Shown: positions 43,936 through 58,770 of the stretch, piece by piece
Position numbering within the stretch: position 1 is the stretch's first letter
Layout of the letters: each line of letters starts with the position of its first letter
Assembly (NCBI RefSeq): GCF_009914755.1
Contig: NC_060936.1
Strand: one strand, 5' to 3'
DNA length: 64,000 nt
Source: the human T2T-CHM13v2.0 reference genome, Homo sapiens
Notes under the pieces: generated by a model
Told to the model about the DNA's origin: nothing
The model's input: the letters and a program-made list of their open reading frames with translations, nothing else
The model's database searches: none
Translations under genes and position numbers: made by a program

Positions 43936-44333
43936 AATATCAGATCATTCTTGATATCTTATCAGGTTCTTCCTTCTCCACCACTCCCCAAGTGATGTCT
44001 GATCTCCCTGGTCTTCAGCAAGAATCCATTTAGGATGGTTTAGTAAGAAACTCCAATACCCACAATGTTTCCTTTATCCACTGACCCTCACCCTGCTCCT
44101 TGGCTATAAAGTCCCACTTGCCCATGCTGTATTTGGAATTTAATCTAGTTTTGTACTGAGGTCTCTTTTCACCTATTACAATAGTCCTGCAAAAATTTGG
44201 TTTTACTGTTTTAACTGCTGTCCAGCTATAGTTTTTCTTTGAACCAGCATTGATGCAAGCAGCACCTGGAGACAGGAGAAGAGGGAGGCTAGTAAGAAGG
44301 AAGTAATTATCTTAAGGATCAGTGAAGTAGTAA

Positions 44334-45598
<1,265 letters not shown>

Positions 45599-46399
45599 TC
45601 CACGCACCTCTATAAAAATTCGTTTACTTTTGTTGCTCAAGATAATACTTATTTGTGAATCCAGTGGGCATTTATTCCTCTAATTTCCACAACCAGGGGA
45701 AAAGCCTATCAACTTGACTTGATTGATTCTCTGTTATCTGACAATGCCCATTTCCTGATTTTACACATCAGATGGATTTCTTAACCCAGAGCATTATCAA
45801 CCTATCAGTGAAGATGCATCCCACATCTGTGCTGAGTCTCTATATTTGAAATCACATCTGAAATATATGTTGATTTTCTGCTAGTGATGAAATCCTACAT
45901 TTAAATTTGTGCCACCCCATAGTTATATAAGTAAATAGAGTCTGGTCAGAGTATGTGGAGTATCCAAGCCTTCCATGAGCTGATCCACTCATGTTTCTAG
46001 TCTGACCTTCTGTCATTCATTACCTGCCACACCCAAACCTGAGCTCCTAGCATGCGCACAGTTGAATCATCAGGCACACTTTGCAGCTTCCTATTTGTCT
46101 GTCTCTGTACAGGCTTTTCCTTCTGGCTGGAATGGACTCCTCTCGACTTCCCTTTTCTCACCTCTGCTTGAAATATGTGCACCTTTTCATAATGGTAAGA
46201 CAAAGTATGGTTTTTATTTTAGAACTAGATAGAATTATGCTAAATATTATGTAGTAAAATAAATAGGTAGGAGGTGCCAGAAAATTTTTGCAAAAGAATA
46301 GTAATACAGCAGTGGCAGGAGGTAGCCTAGTAGATATTAATAGTACTATCAGATATTCATAAAAATAAATCAATTAAAGTAAATATTTTTTAGGTTTAG

Positions 46400-47730
46400 A
46401 AAAGTAAATGTGGATAAACAGAGACATATTGTAATCATGGATATAAAAAATAATCATAAAATTGTGAATTCTTCCAAAATTAATCTGTAGGTTAAATACT
46501 ACTTATATCATAATTTCAAGACTTTTTAATACAAACTGACAAGCTGAACCTGGTATGAAGGGAAAATATTAAAGAATCAATATTTTTTAAAAAAGAAGTA
46601 AACAAAGGGGGTGCTTGCCTTGCAGTATTCCAAAACATATAAAGAGTTACTAGTTATTACAACAGTTTGGGGCTAGACAAATAGGATCGGCGGGATGCAA
46701 CAGAATCCCAGAAATGGACCATGTGTAAATCAAAATTTGGTATATGATAAATGTAGTCTTTCAAATTCATAGGAAAAATTATGGAACAACTCTTTATTTT
46801 GAAAAAAATTTCTTTCTACTTCCCACCATTAAAGAATACAAGTCAAGTGTATTAAAAACCTGCCAGAAGAAAATGTGGAATAGTATCTTTCATGCCTTAA
46901 GATGAGGAAGTCTTTTATTAAAACATCAATTTAAATGCCATGCCAAAATAGACCATAAACAAAATTTTAAAAACAAGTGAAAGACTGGAAAAGTACATGT
47001 ACCACATATAACAAAAGATTGGTATCTATATTGGGTGTGTTAGAAACCCCTAAAATTCAGTAAGAAAATGACTAATCAATAGAACAGCAGGAAGGTATAT
47101 AAATAGTCAATGCATAGAAAAGAAAGTACAGATAGATAATAATGTATATTAAAATGTAGTTCATTAATAGTAAAAAAAAAACACATAAAAATTAGGTGCT
47201 ATTTTTAAACCACCAGATCAGCAAGCTTAAATATTTGCTAATAGCATATTTTGACCAGGTTGTGGGCAAATAGGCACTCACACCGACCTGAGAGAGCAAT
47301 ATGACCTCATCTATTAACATTTAAAATGCACATAACCTTTGAGCCACCAGCTTGGCTTCACAGTAGACATCAGAGAAATTTGCTCAAAGAAGCATTTGCA
47401 AAGATAGTCACTGAATGGTTGTGTGAAAGAAAAGAAATTCATTTTGTTTCATCAGTAGGGGATTTTAGAAATGTAAAGGAACTGTGGAATCCTGTTTAGC
47501 TGTTTGAAAGAATGTGGTCGCTGTATGTGTAAGACATACAAATACAGTTACGATATGTCATTGAGTGAGAAGAGTACATTTAAGTAAGAATAAATAATAT
47601 GATATAATATTTGCTTAAACTGAATATATATTTTCTGTGGTTTTATATTTATATGCAAATGTTTAAGGAAAAGTTTGGAAGGATCTACACCAAACTGGTA
47701 ACAGCGGCTCTGTCTTGGACCAGAAGTTAG
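46400..47730 (+). mobile_element. Ancient L1M ORF2 end/3'UTR relic
   Basis: actgacaagctga, cccagaaatggacc, gactggaaaag, aaaatgcacataacctttgagcc in collinear order. Confidence 0.7.
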
Positions 47731-47868
47731 GTGGTACGAGGGAGTTCAGCTTCATTAAAATCAGTCCTCTCTTCCTTTTTCCCCCCTTCCCTCCCCTCCC
47801 CCCTTCCCTCCCCTCCCTTCCCCTTTCCTTCTTTGTTTTCATGTATTACTTAATTAAAAACTATATTA

Positions 47869-47988
47869 GGCCTGGTGTGGTGGCTTACGCCTGTAATCCC
47901 AGCACTTTGGGAGGCCCAGGCGGGCAGATTACTTAAGCCAGGAGTTCAAGATCCCTTGGCCAACATGGTGAAAACCCGTCTCTACTGA

Positions 47989-48021
<33 letters not shown>

Positions 48022-48165
48022 AAAGCTGGGCATGGTGGCGGGTGCCTGTAATCCTGAGGCATGAGAATCATTTCAACCTGGGAGGCAGAGGCTGCAGTGA
48101 GCTGAATCTCACCACTGCGTTCCAGCCTAGGTGAAAGAGTGAGACTATGTCTCAGAAAAAAAAAA
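47869..48165 (+). mobile_element. Alu with expanded ~30-A linker and small right-arm deletion
   Basis: Dimer; A run ~47990-48020; atcc|tgaggc junction. Confidence 0.9.
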
Positions 48166-48367
48166 TGTTAAAATTTAATTATTATATATTTTGTTGTAAC
48201 AAATTCTTTTTGGAGTAATAAATGTTATGGAAATAATCAGAAGTATATGCATTTCTATGTAAGAATGTTTATCACAGCATTATTGATTAAAACACAAAGT
48301 TGGAAACAATCTAAGTGTTTAACAGTATGGATACCACCTGGTATTCTCTTCTCAAATATCAAATAGA

Positions 48368-48643
48368 GGCCAGGCACAGTGGCTCACATGCCTGTAATCC
48401 CTTTAAGCACTTTGGGAGGCCGAGGTGGGCGGATCACTTGAGGTCAGGAGGTCGAGACCAGCGTGGCCAACATGGTGTACCCTGTCTCTACTAAAAATAC
48501 AAAAATTTGCTGGGTGTGGTGGCGCATGTCTGTAATTCCAACTACTTGAGAGGCTGAGGCATGAGAATCCCCTGAACCCAAGAGGCGGAGGTTGCAGTGA
48601 TCCGAGATTGCCACACTGTACTCCAGCCTGGGCAATAGAGTGA

Positions 48644-48716
<73 letters not shown>
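48368..48716 (+). mobile_element. AluS-type SINE whose tail is (TC)n(AC)n
   Basis: Dimer to ~48648, followed by a compound microsatellite instead of poly(A). Confidence 0.92.
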
Positions 48717-48719
<3 letters not shown>

Positions 48720-49029
48720 TAGTTTCCTATTCAAATAGAGCTCTGTTTTTTTCCCTTTCAAGGAAACACTTTACTATCTGATTAAGAAGTCCAAGTTAAG
48801 AAACTACTAAATGACAATGGGAAGTGTGCTTTGATTTCCCTAGAGTATTTGTATTTTAACAGATATTTGGAGTGAAGTTCTCTCCAAAGAAGGAATATCT
48901 AACGGTCAGGATTTTAGAAATGGAAAATGTATTAAGGCGAGCCAGACTTTAGGAAATTCTTCACATGCTACTTTGTAATCAATGTTCTACTTTTCAGATA
49001 TGGCTGAAGGTCTCAATTCCTAATAAATT

Positions 49030-49400
49030 CCATTGTCAAAGACTAAGAATCTATGCCATAAGGGACTAGCTGAAGGCACAGGGTACGTCTAGTCTAGAAA
49101 TGAGACGTTTGGAGTAGACTGGGTAGCTGTCTTTAAATGTTGTAGGGCTGACATGTAGAAGGTGGATGTATCCTGTGTTTGCTCCATGTAGTCAATACTG
49201 GGGGATCAGTGAGTAAACATTAGAGGAGGCATTTTATAACTTTTATAGGCAAAATTTCCCGAATAGTGCTGATAATACAATGGATTCCCTGGAAAAGCAG
49301 TGTTACTCCTACTTTTTGAAGTACTAGTAGATTTTGGATGAAGATTCACTAGGGATGAAGTAGACTGGATTCCTGAATTGTGTGAGTAGTGGGAGTGGAC
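49030..49400 (+). mobile_element. L3/CR1 LINE 3' relic
   Basis: agtctagaaatgagacgtttgg...gtagctgtctttaaatgttgtaggg resembles the CR1 ORF2 C-terminal SLEKRRLRGDLIAVFKYLKG motif. Confidence 0.55.
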
Positions 49401-49580
49401 ATCTCTATCGTTGTGTTCGAATATTTGCATTATGAAAACATGCAGTGAGCACTTACTATTTGCTTAGCACTGTGCTCAGTACTAAGAAAATACACAGATA
49501 AAGCAAAACAAGGGGTGAGTGGAAGACACCTCTTGTTGGAAGTGTCCATTAAAGAAAAGAAGAGCTGGATGGAGACTGGC

Positions 49581-49798
49581 TTTTTTTTTTTTTTTTTTTT
49601 TGAGACAGAGTCTCACTCTGTTGCCCAGGCTGCATGATCACGGCTCACTGCAGACTTAAACTCCTGGACTCAAGCCGTCCTCCCACTTCAGCCTCTACAG
49701 TAGCTAGGACCACAGGCACACACCACTATGCCCAGCTAAGTTTTTTCACTTATTTTTTATTTTTTGTAAAGATGGTGTCTCCATATGTTGCCCAGGCT
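49581..49798 (-). mobile_element. Truncated AluJ-type SINE
   Basis: Right arm, linker and a short part of the left arm. Confidence 0.85.
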
Positions 49799-50703
49799 TC
49801 CTTTCAGGACCTTGGTGGAGAAGCCAAATCACTCAATGGCCTTGATTTTATCAAGGGAATGGGCTCTGACTGTAAGACTCAGGATCCTCAGTGAAGGGAA
49901 CTGAGCTACCCATTGACCTTGATTTCATTAAGGTAGTGGGATTTGACCATAAGACTCTATTGAGTTTGCTTCTTGGTCATGGGTTTGAGCAGGGATTATT
50001 TCCTGCTCTGTTCTCATTGTGTGTCCCTGATTCTCACGTTTCTGCAGCACTGCCTCTGGCACTAGGCTATGATGCATTTGTGATGCTTTATCTTTACATG
50101 TTTTACTTATTCTTGCTGCTCAGTCCAAGGGGACAAAACTGTCTCTTTTGGCAAAGCTGTGTTTTATGTTTTCCTTGATATTAGTTGTCATATGTATTGG
50201 CACGTCAACTTGGTAGAAGCCCCAGAGATTTACAAAGTCCTTTCAGGATCTATTTGAACTGGGACTTCTCTATAGCCCTGCCCTGGCAGGAGACGCCAGT
50301 AAAGAACCTTATACAGTTTGTCTATTAGGGAATCTTCCTGTGAGATTGTGGTGGCTGCCATGCCCCATGTCCTCACAGGAAGATTTTAATTTGAGAAAAA
50401 CTAACACTAACTTGAAAATTAGATATTTTGGGGAAGCTTGGACATGAGATATTGCCACATGGTTAAGGTCATGCCACGTATTTTCTGTTAAGATTATTGT
50501 TACATCTCTGAGGGGAATTTATGCTTTCAAAAGTGAGTTTTTTCGAAATGGAAATGTGGAAAATCCATTTTTTCCCTTCTTTTACCTTACAGTTCTTTGT
50601 GGCCAAATGAGTGCTTTTGGGAGCATTTGGTGTAGCTCATATAAACACACACACAGGTATAGACATACATATATATTTATATATGTATATAAATTTATGT
50701 ACA

Positions 50704-51031
50704 TAAATATCACCGCAGAAAGGCCTGCAAAGAACAATCATTTATATATGTACATAAATGAATTATATACATATGTATATGTCTATATGCCTATGTATAC
50801 ATCTATAATTTATGTATATATACACAAATTATACATTATATACATATATGTGTATAATTGAATTACACATATATTGAATTCATATATGTGTATATTAAAT
50901 TTACATGTGTATAATTTATGTATACATATAAATTATATATAACATATACATACATGTATATGTATATAATTCATTTATATATGTATATAAATTATTATAC
51001 TTTGTAGACCTTTTTTGGGGTATAAATATTT
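50704..51031. repeat. AT-rich imperfect inverted repeat (~300 bp)
   Basis: 50719-50789 matches the reverse complement of 50943-51013 at 58/71 ungapped positions by hand count. Confidence 0.85.
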
Positions 51032-52109
51032 AGAGCTTTAGTCTTAGGGAATTCAAACAGCTATGGTCTTGTGGTATTAGAAGATTATTCTCAGGCTTCT
51101 TACATGTCCTGGTTTTTTGTTCTGTTCTTAAGTTAATCAGGTGGTTGCAATTATTCGGAGAGTATGTGTAGATAGTTGTTCAGTTGGAATAATTGTTGTT
51201 GACTGGGCAAGTGGCCATATAGGGATTTCTCCATTGAGAATCTATGTGAACCCTGAAGGCCTTGAGTGTCTGAGCTATGTAGGTAAACGATTGGGATGGG
51301 TTTGAACTTTGTCTCTATGATGTATTCTGCCCCAGGCTCTCGGTTCTTGTCACAGTTGAGCACCCTGAATTTTCCAGATAATTGCTTCAATTTCTAACGT
51401 TTCTGTTAGTTGATTTTTTGTAAGAAGTGTTAGGTCCTCTCCCGTTTATTCATGGACCTGATTTAAAATGTCAAAAAAGATGCTGTTTAACTTCTGGAGT
51501 TGTAAATGCACCCATGAGAGAGATGAGTTACATTGTATTCACTGGAATAGTTAGCATATTAGCACACAAAATAACATCACACGTACATCAATTATATCTA
51601 ATTTATATCAGGCTCAAGTTATATATTATATCAGAGATGCTTAACTATGGTGAAATTTCAAATGATTTAAATTATTAAAAATGGGCCAATGATTGACAAC
51701 ACAATTGTGAGGAGCCAGTTTCTGTTCAGTGTAAATCGGAAGGCCTGAGATGAGAATAGCTTCCTTCTTGTTTCTTTCTTGGAAGTTTCATGATTGATTT
51801 GGTAAAAGTTACAACTTGGGCATGAAAAGATTTTCTTGTGTTTTGGTTTATCATAAACACCCATTACTCTCTCATTTTTACATCAACCGCAGCTTGTTTC
51901 TGTTTTGTCATTGTTTCCTCCTATAATTTCATCTCACTTTGCTTGGACTTTTATAATATATAGTACCTATTACTGGATGCTATGTGGAAAGAACATGGAC
52001 TTTGGTATTGGGGAGATAGAACTTCAAAACCTAGCCCTGCCACTTAATAGCTGACTTGTTGTGTGACCTTTGACAAGTCTCTTAACCTCATTTAAAAATA
52101 GCATGTGTA

Positions 52110-52414
52110 GGCCGGGCGCAGTGGCTCACGCCTGTAATCCCAGCATTTTGGGAGGCCGAGGCGGGCGGATCACGAGGTCAGGAGATCAAGACCATCCTGG
52201 CTAACACGGTGAAACCCCATCTCTACTAAAAATACAAAAAATTAGCCAGCCGTGGTGACGGGCACCTGTAGTCCCAGCTACTTGGGAGGCCGAGGCAGGA
52301 GAATGGCGTGAACCCGGGAGGCGGAGCTTGCAGTGAGCCTAGATCGCGCCACTGCACTCCAGCCTGGGCGACAGAGCGAGACTCCGTCTCAAAAAAACAA
52401 ACAAACAAATAAAA
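52110..52414 (+). mobile_element. AluY inside a MIR (MIR from ~51970)
   Basis: CpG-rich AluY diagnostics; TSD AGCATGTGTA (52100-52109, 52415-52424). Confidence 0.95.
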
Positions 52415-53699
52415 AGCATGTGTATTGCAAGAAATTTATGATAATTACAGAAAATTTTATACATGCACTAGTGCACGCACGTGTGCATGTGTGAATGTCC
52501 TTGTGCTTACAGTACAATAGTGCTCTGTAAAAGACACATTTATTCAGTGTAGTGTATTAAATTTCTTAATGTGTTCTTTTGTCTTCACCATTGCACTGTA
52601 ATCTTCAAATGGGCATTAACCATGTATTATTTATTTTGCATTCTCTCCACAGTATTCAAGGTAATTTGTGCAAATTAGGTACTCTTTAAATGTTTGTTTA
52701 ATTGAAGTTTTGAGTCCTTTTTTTATAAGAACAGGTTTTTTTGTTGTTATTGTTGTTTGGTTGGTTTTTCTTTAGACCTGAAGTCTAAGGTTTACACATG
52801 CTGATGCATGTGAACAAATTTTCAAAAAGAAAATACTTTGATGTAATAATATTTTTTCCTTTTCTAAAGGAGGAAAAAATCAATTTTTAACCCCAACATC
52901 TCCAGCTTCCTTTTGTGTCTTTTGAGCCAGATCATGGACTAGAAATCAAATGGGTGACAAGAAAATAAAATGTACAGAGCTACCTTGGGGGAAAATTCAA
53001 CCATCTTAGTACCAGAATGTTTTCAGTTTTTCGGCCTTCCTTCATCTGTAAGTGATTTTATTTCAGAGACCAGGAAGAAGGAAGTTAAAGGTCAAGGGAA
53101 TCTAGCTCACTGGGGTAGTTTGTACTAATCAGAAGAACACAGAAAGCTGAGGAAAGCTGAAGGTCTTCCTGTCCTGGCTAAGTGCACCATAAGGAAACCG
53201 ATTTGTCCTACAAAAAAAGGGGTTTAGGATGGGAGTGCATGGAAGATCCCAAGGAGAAATAAATTCAGTTTGAAGTTTTAACAAGGAAAAAGAAATCTGA
53301 AATGTAAAGGCCAATAATAATCTGCATCTGCCCCAACATGGTGTTTGGAATTTTTCAACCATGATAAAGAATGATCTAAGCAAGGGTGTTTTTACACCAT
53401 TCTTCTAATGTTCTTTATTTCTTACTGGTGTCAAGACCTCACTGATGTGAGACAACCATGACAATGACGCGGAGGGTCTGATTCCATATATATGTACAAA
53501 TAGCAAAATCTCAGCAGTCCTGAGCTTTTCTAACGTATGTATATGTTGACATATAATACAATATGTCATCTATGTTATATATAAATGTGAAAGAAAATTG
53601 TTTTAAAAATAGTTTTTTAATTTTCCAGGGCAAATACTCCTCTTCCAAAATATAACTTCTGTAAGACAGAAATGAACAATAGGAGCCAAGAGTAATATA

Positions 53700-54080
53700 T
53701 TTCATTCATTTATTATTCATTCAAAAACTATTTTTGAGTGCCGGCTATCTGACAGACACTGTACTAAGGAAGTAGCATTGAACAAGCAGTGCCTTTATAG
53801 ATCAATAGTTTTGTAGAGGAAAGTGGAAAATAATAAGCATAATAATAATACTTAACAATATAACAACAGCAATAAGATTACATTGTAATCAGTAGTATGA
53901 TAAAGGAGTCAGAGTTATGCCCAGCATACGTAAGGCTATCTAACAGGGCAAAGATGGAGGCTTTGACTAGAAAAATAAAGTTTTTTTTTTTTCTTTGAAA
54001 GCTTTCAAACAGCAGAACATGATCAAATTTGCATTTCGTAAGATCACCTTGAAGGGAATAAATTGGTTAGGCATGAAGTC
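53700..54080 (-). mobile_element. L2 3' relic
   Basis: ttcattcatttattattcattcaaaaactatttttgagtgcc...cagacactgtactaagg. Confidence 0.7.
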
Positions 54081-54826
54081 ACATACGATGAAAATAGAAC
54101 TGTCCCCAGAAGTTTGGTAGGGGTCGTCTAGAAGTTCAAATACTTCTAAGCAGAGTGAAAGCATATCGGGTAGCTCTGGCAATACATTTCAGGAGGGAAT
54201 ATGCACGTGCAGGTCCATATTTGGAAGTAAAGGACGCAGGATGGCCTTGTCAAGGCCTTACTAAACCAAGGTCCTGGAGGGACTTGTGTTCATTGCTAGG
54301 CAGGTAGGATGGAGGAGGCTGACCTCACTGGGTGCAAAGTAGTCGGGTGTTAGGAGTTCCCGAATGCTCTCCTCCCTGCCACCAGTGTGCCTCTCCTGCA
54401 CTCCATGTTTTGATTTGTGATCATTTTAGACCATGACTCAGCACATATGACTCTCTTCTCTCATAGGAGACTTTGCCTTCTGTTTGCTGCTTGGCCTCAC
54501 AACTTCCCATTCTCTGAGCAGATGTACAAGCCATTTGCCAGTCATAGAAATTTCCCTTTCTAAAATCAATACAACTTTCAAAATGAAGCTGTGGGTTTAT
54601 TAAGATAATTGCAAATGGTAACATATCTGAGAGAAAATCTTAATAGAAAGTTATTTAGAATACAAGTCAGAAAAAATCAATGTGTTTATTGAGGTAGACA
54701 TTAGTCTAGACATTAAATACCATTAACAAAATAGTCTCACCTGTTATTTCCACCTAAACTCTATTTTCAAATTTAGGCATGCCTTTTAAACTCTTCCTTA
54801 TGTTGTCATTGAACCTGGTTAGATGC

Positions 54827-55064
54827 TGTTATGGTTAGGCTTTGTGTCCCTACTCGAATCTCATCTTGAATTGTAATCCCCAGGTACTGAGGGAGAGACC
54901 AGGTGGGAGATGATTGATAATGGGGGCGGTTTCCCCTATGCTGTTCTTGTGATAGAGAGTGAATTCTCATGAGATCTGATGGTTTTATAAATGGTAGTTT
55001 TTTCTGTGCTGACACATGCTCTCCCTGGCCTGCCGCCATGTAAGACGCACCTCTTCCCCTTCCG
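54827..55064 (+). mobile_element. THE1D/MST-type MaLR LTR, 3'-truncated
   Basis: tgttatggttaggctttgtgtccc...ctcatgagatctgatggttttataa...gccatgtaagacg. Confidence 0.85.
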
Positions 55065-58000
55065 TGCCTCTTCATACTTCATGCATGACCAGAAAGCTGT
55101 TGCATGACATCATGCCTCATCCTCTGTATACAGATAGTGGACAAATAATATAAAGGGAGCAAAAAGCCACTTCTTTCCAGGAATATTCTAGTCCTTCAAA
55201 TTGAAAGTGATGATCAAATGAAATGAGTTACTTCTAGTCTTTAAATGGAACAGAATTTAGACATTATGAAATTTAACTCTAGATGTTAAGGCAGACTTTG
55301 GATTCATCATGGAGAATATACCAAATGCTTAAAAGATTCTTACTTTGCTTATAGCTTTGGATGATCTTTGATACTGAGAATCACAAAGAATTATACTCTA
55401 AGTAATCACAGATGTACTGTGAGAGAATGGTTTCTTATACACACTGATACAGTTAGATTTGACTTTTAATTTTTCTTTTGGTACAATATATACCATAGTA
55501 ATGTAATCAGATTCTAAACTCTAATTTTACTTGCTAAGTTTCCATATTTATTTTGTTGATAACTGATGCATGATTTATGAACATGTGTGCTTTTCTATTA
55601 TGTGTTCATATTTCACTTCCTTAGAGTTTTACTGTTATTTCCTACAGTAAAGGAGCTACTTTTTTTAAAAAAAACTAAATTATATTTCATATATTTAGGA
55701 TAGTTTATTTCCTTTGATACTCATTTATAATTAATGAAGCAAAGTTTAAAATTTTTAATGGGATAACGTTTGAAATTAATAGTGTTTTGAAAAGTAGAGA
55801 TGTAAAAATCCTTGGCAAGAGTTTTTATCTCATATAGACTGAATGAATTATTAAAAGCGAACTTCTACCTAAATCTAAACCTTATTTTCTTCATTATATT
55901 GATTTTCTTGTTCCATGAAAACCTATCAAGTTTTCTAGAAAGTTTATGGTAATATTTTTGTGTTCTTTAGTCATAACTTATTTTCATGTAATACATGTAA
56001 TATATAGGTTTTTGGGGATAATTTTCAGTAGTCTTTCTAGATTACAAAATGGATACCTATGGAAACATAAATGTATATAATTTTGAATATAAAACCATTT
56101 GTAGAATGTAATAGGAACACATTCAAAGCAAACCTGCATCACAATCTTTTGCAAAGTAGAGAATATTCATACCATGAATACTGACCATCTATTATATCTC
56201 TCTGGATTCTGCTACTTTATGATTTTCATAAACACGACTATTTTCCTTCATGTGAAGACTAAAGATAAAATGCCTCTCTCCCTGATCAAACTTCTTCACA
56301 CTGTTCTCCAGTAGCATCTTTTCCCACTTCAACATCTGGTAAAGCAGCCTAAAGACAAGAAAGTATTTCCTGCAGGGAATGCAATTTTTGGCCTTCTTGG
56401 TAAGGAGGACTTCAAATGAAACCAGACCTGGCTATGAGCTACCCATCCATCTTAATATTGCCTGGACTGAATTCACTTGGGGTAATCCTTACTTTCATTT
56501 GCAAAGGAATTGTAATCTGCTGTACTTTATTTGTGGTTTTTGAGAATAGCTTTTCTGTCTTCTATACTCTTCCTTAATATTACTTCCTCTGAGCCAGCCT
56601 GTCTAGCCTGGTTCTGAGTATAAATAGCTCCAAGTGTGGAGCACTAATGCCCTGCTATTGCTGGGTTATGTGAAACCCTTTTTTTGTGTTGAACACAAGA
56701 AGCCCATGATTATTCCTACCACAGATTCTCACATTCTTAATCAGTTCCACCTGGCCAATAAACAGTAACGCCAGGACAGCTTCTCTTCTGTGTGGGTTTT
56801 CTACTTTATGGGTAATAAAACTGTCCTTGGTGTTATTTAGGAATCCCTTTGATGCCTACTAGTTTACTGTATTGATATTTCAGGGGTATTGGCAGTCGCT
56901 GGTGAGCCTTCATTACTGGCATCCCTGAACTGTGGCAATGAAGTAGTTTGGGTAAATAATGGCGGGGTGGGGAACACAGCTGGTAAAGCTTTTTTTTTTT
57001 TTTGTACTTACATGTATCAAGGAAAAATTTAGAAGTGGCCTTATGGAAACAAGCAAGGCTAAGAAATGGTTAGATTTCTTTCAAACCTACAGGAAGGAAG
57101 TAAGGAAAGAAAGAAAGAGAGAAAAAGGAGAGAGAAGATGCAATGTAATTTTTTGAACTTGTAAACACCTCACATTGTTTATTTGCAATGGTATTTTGTT
57201 AAAATCGTTACTAGATACCAAGCTCCTAGTCTGCAAGTTAAAAAGATGAAGCTGGGCTAATTCTCAGCTTCTTTGTATTGAATTAGCTAGTAAAAATGCT
57301 CTCTGCAGATGTTAGGGAAGAGAGGGTATTAAGGGCATTCTTTGTCATCACTTTTCTAGTTCCAAGTTTGAGTTCCATTTTCAGTACATGGTTTCAGTAA
57401 CGTGTAAATGTTTCTTGAAAGGTGGCTTATATTTTTATTTTTATTATTAATGTTTTTTTTAACCAACCGGTGTAGGATATTTGAAATGGGAAAGACTACA
57501 TGGTAATAGAAAATGAACTCATGTTAGATCAAAAGAAACAAATAACCGATGCATCCAAGAAAAGTAAATGCTTTGTGAACTTGAAGAGCTCTTGTTGGAT
57601 GGCACTATTTATTTTGAACAAATTATTTTAACCACATTAACTGTTAAAATGGGGACTCCTTTGGGCTTTGAAACAGCTTTTGATATAGTGCCTTTCTTTG
57701 TATTAGTATTACTTATTCTTACCTTAATTAATTATTGCGGTCACTTCTTGAATGGAATAAATGCCATCAGCCTTGTCATTACTATCACCATCATATTTTT
57801 ATCATAAACAATATTAACTGGCTACAGTGTAAAGAGTTTCGAGTGTGTTTTATAATATACAAGAGAGACCTCTCCTGTCAGTGCCTAGTGCCCAAATGTC
57901 GTTTATCAAATGTATGATTACTGTTGGCATCATTATGTATACTTTTAAAGATTCAAGTTTTTCTTTGAAAGTACTTTTCCCCCTGCTTTTAAAAAATATT

Positions 58001-58134
58001 TCTATAGGTTTTTAAAATGTTAATCAGGAGAGATAAAGCCATTTTGCAGATGGTGAAATAAACTACTTGAGATAGCACAGTACATTAATATGAGCAGAAT
58101 GTGTATGTGGGTGTTCATGTGTGTGCATGTGTTT

Positions 58135-58500
58135 AAGCTCATCCATTCAACGAATATGGACCCAGCATCGATTATACATGTGCTCGGTGCTGTAATAGTT
58201 GCTGGAATACAAAAATGAATAATACAGAGTTACCATCCTTGAGAATCATATAGTGTCATGGGGTGATAGATTTTCAAAACAAGTAATTACAATAAAAATG
58301 ATAGTACTGTAATAGAGGCCAACTGTGCCTGGAGGAATTGAGAAAGACTCTCTGAAGAGGTAACGTTTGAATGGAGCTTTGAGTGTTGAACTAGGGTTTG
58401 GCAAGAGTAGAGCAGAGAAGAATGTTGCAGTTAAATGGAGAAGTTGAAGAGATTTTGAGGATTAAGAGCACATGATCTGTCTGGAAATAACTGGAGTACA
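58135..58500 (-). mobile_element. L2 3' relic
   Basis: catccattcaacgaatat...gctggaatacaaaaatgaat. Confidence 0.65.
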
Positions 58501-58509
58501 GATAATAAA

Positions 58510-58770
58510 AACAAGAAATAAGTTCTTGTATGCTATTGCATAGCAGCATGACTATAGTTAACAATATTGTATTGTATATTTTAAAATAGCTGTAAGAGAC
58601 AATTTTGCATGTTCTCATTGCAAAGAAATGATAAGTGTCAGAGGTGATGGATATGCTACATACCCTGATTGGATTATTACACAATGTATACATGTTTCAA
58701 AACATCACACTTTGCCTCATACATATGTACAAATATTAAGTATCAATTAAAAATATTTTAAAAGAAAAAA
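58510..58770 (+). mobile_element. L1MA-type 3' end
   Basis: gactatagttaacaata...aaagaaatgataag...gaggtgatggatatgcta...tcaattaaaaa. Confidence 0.85.
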
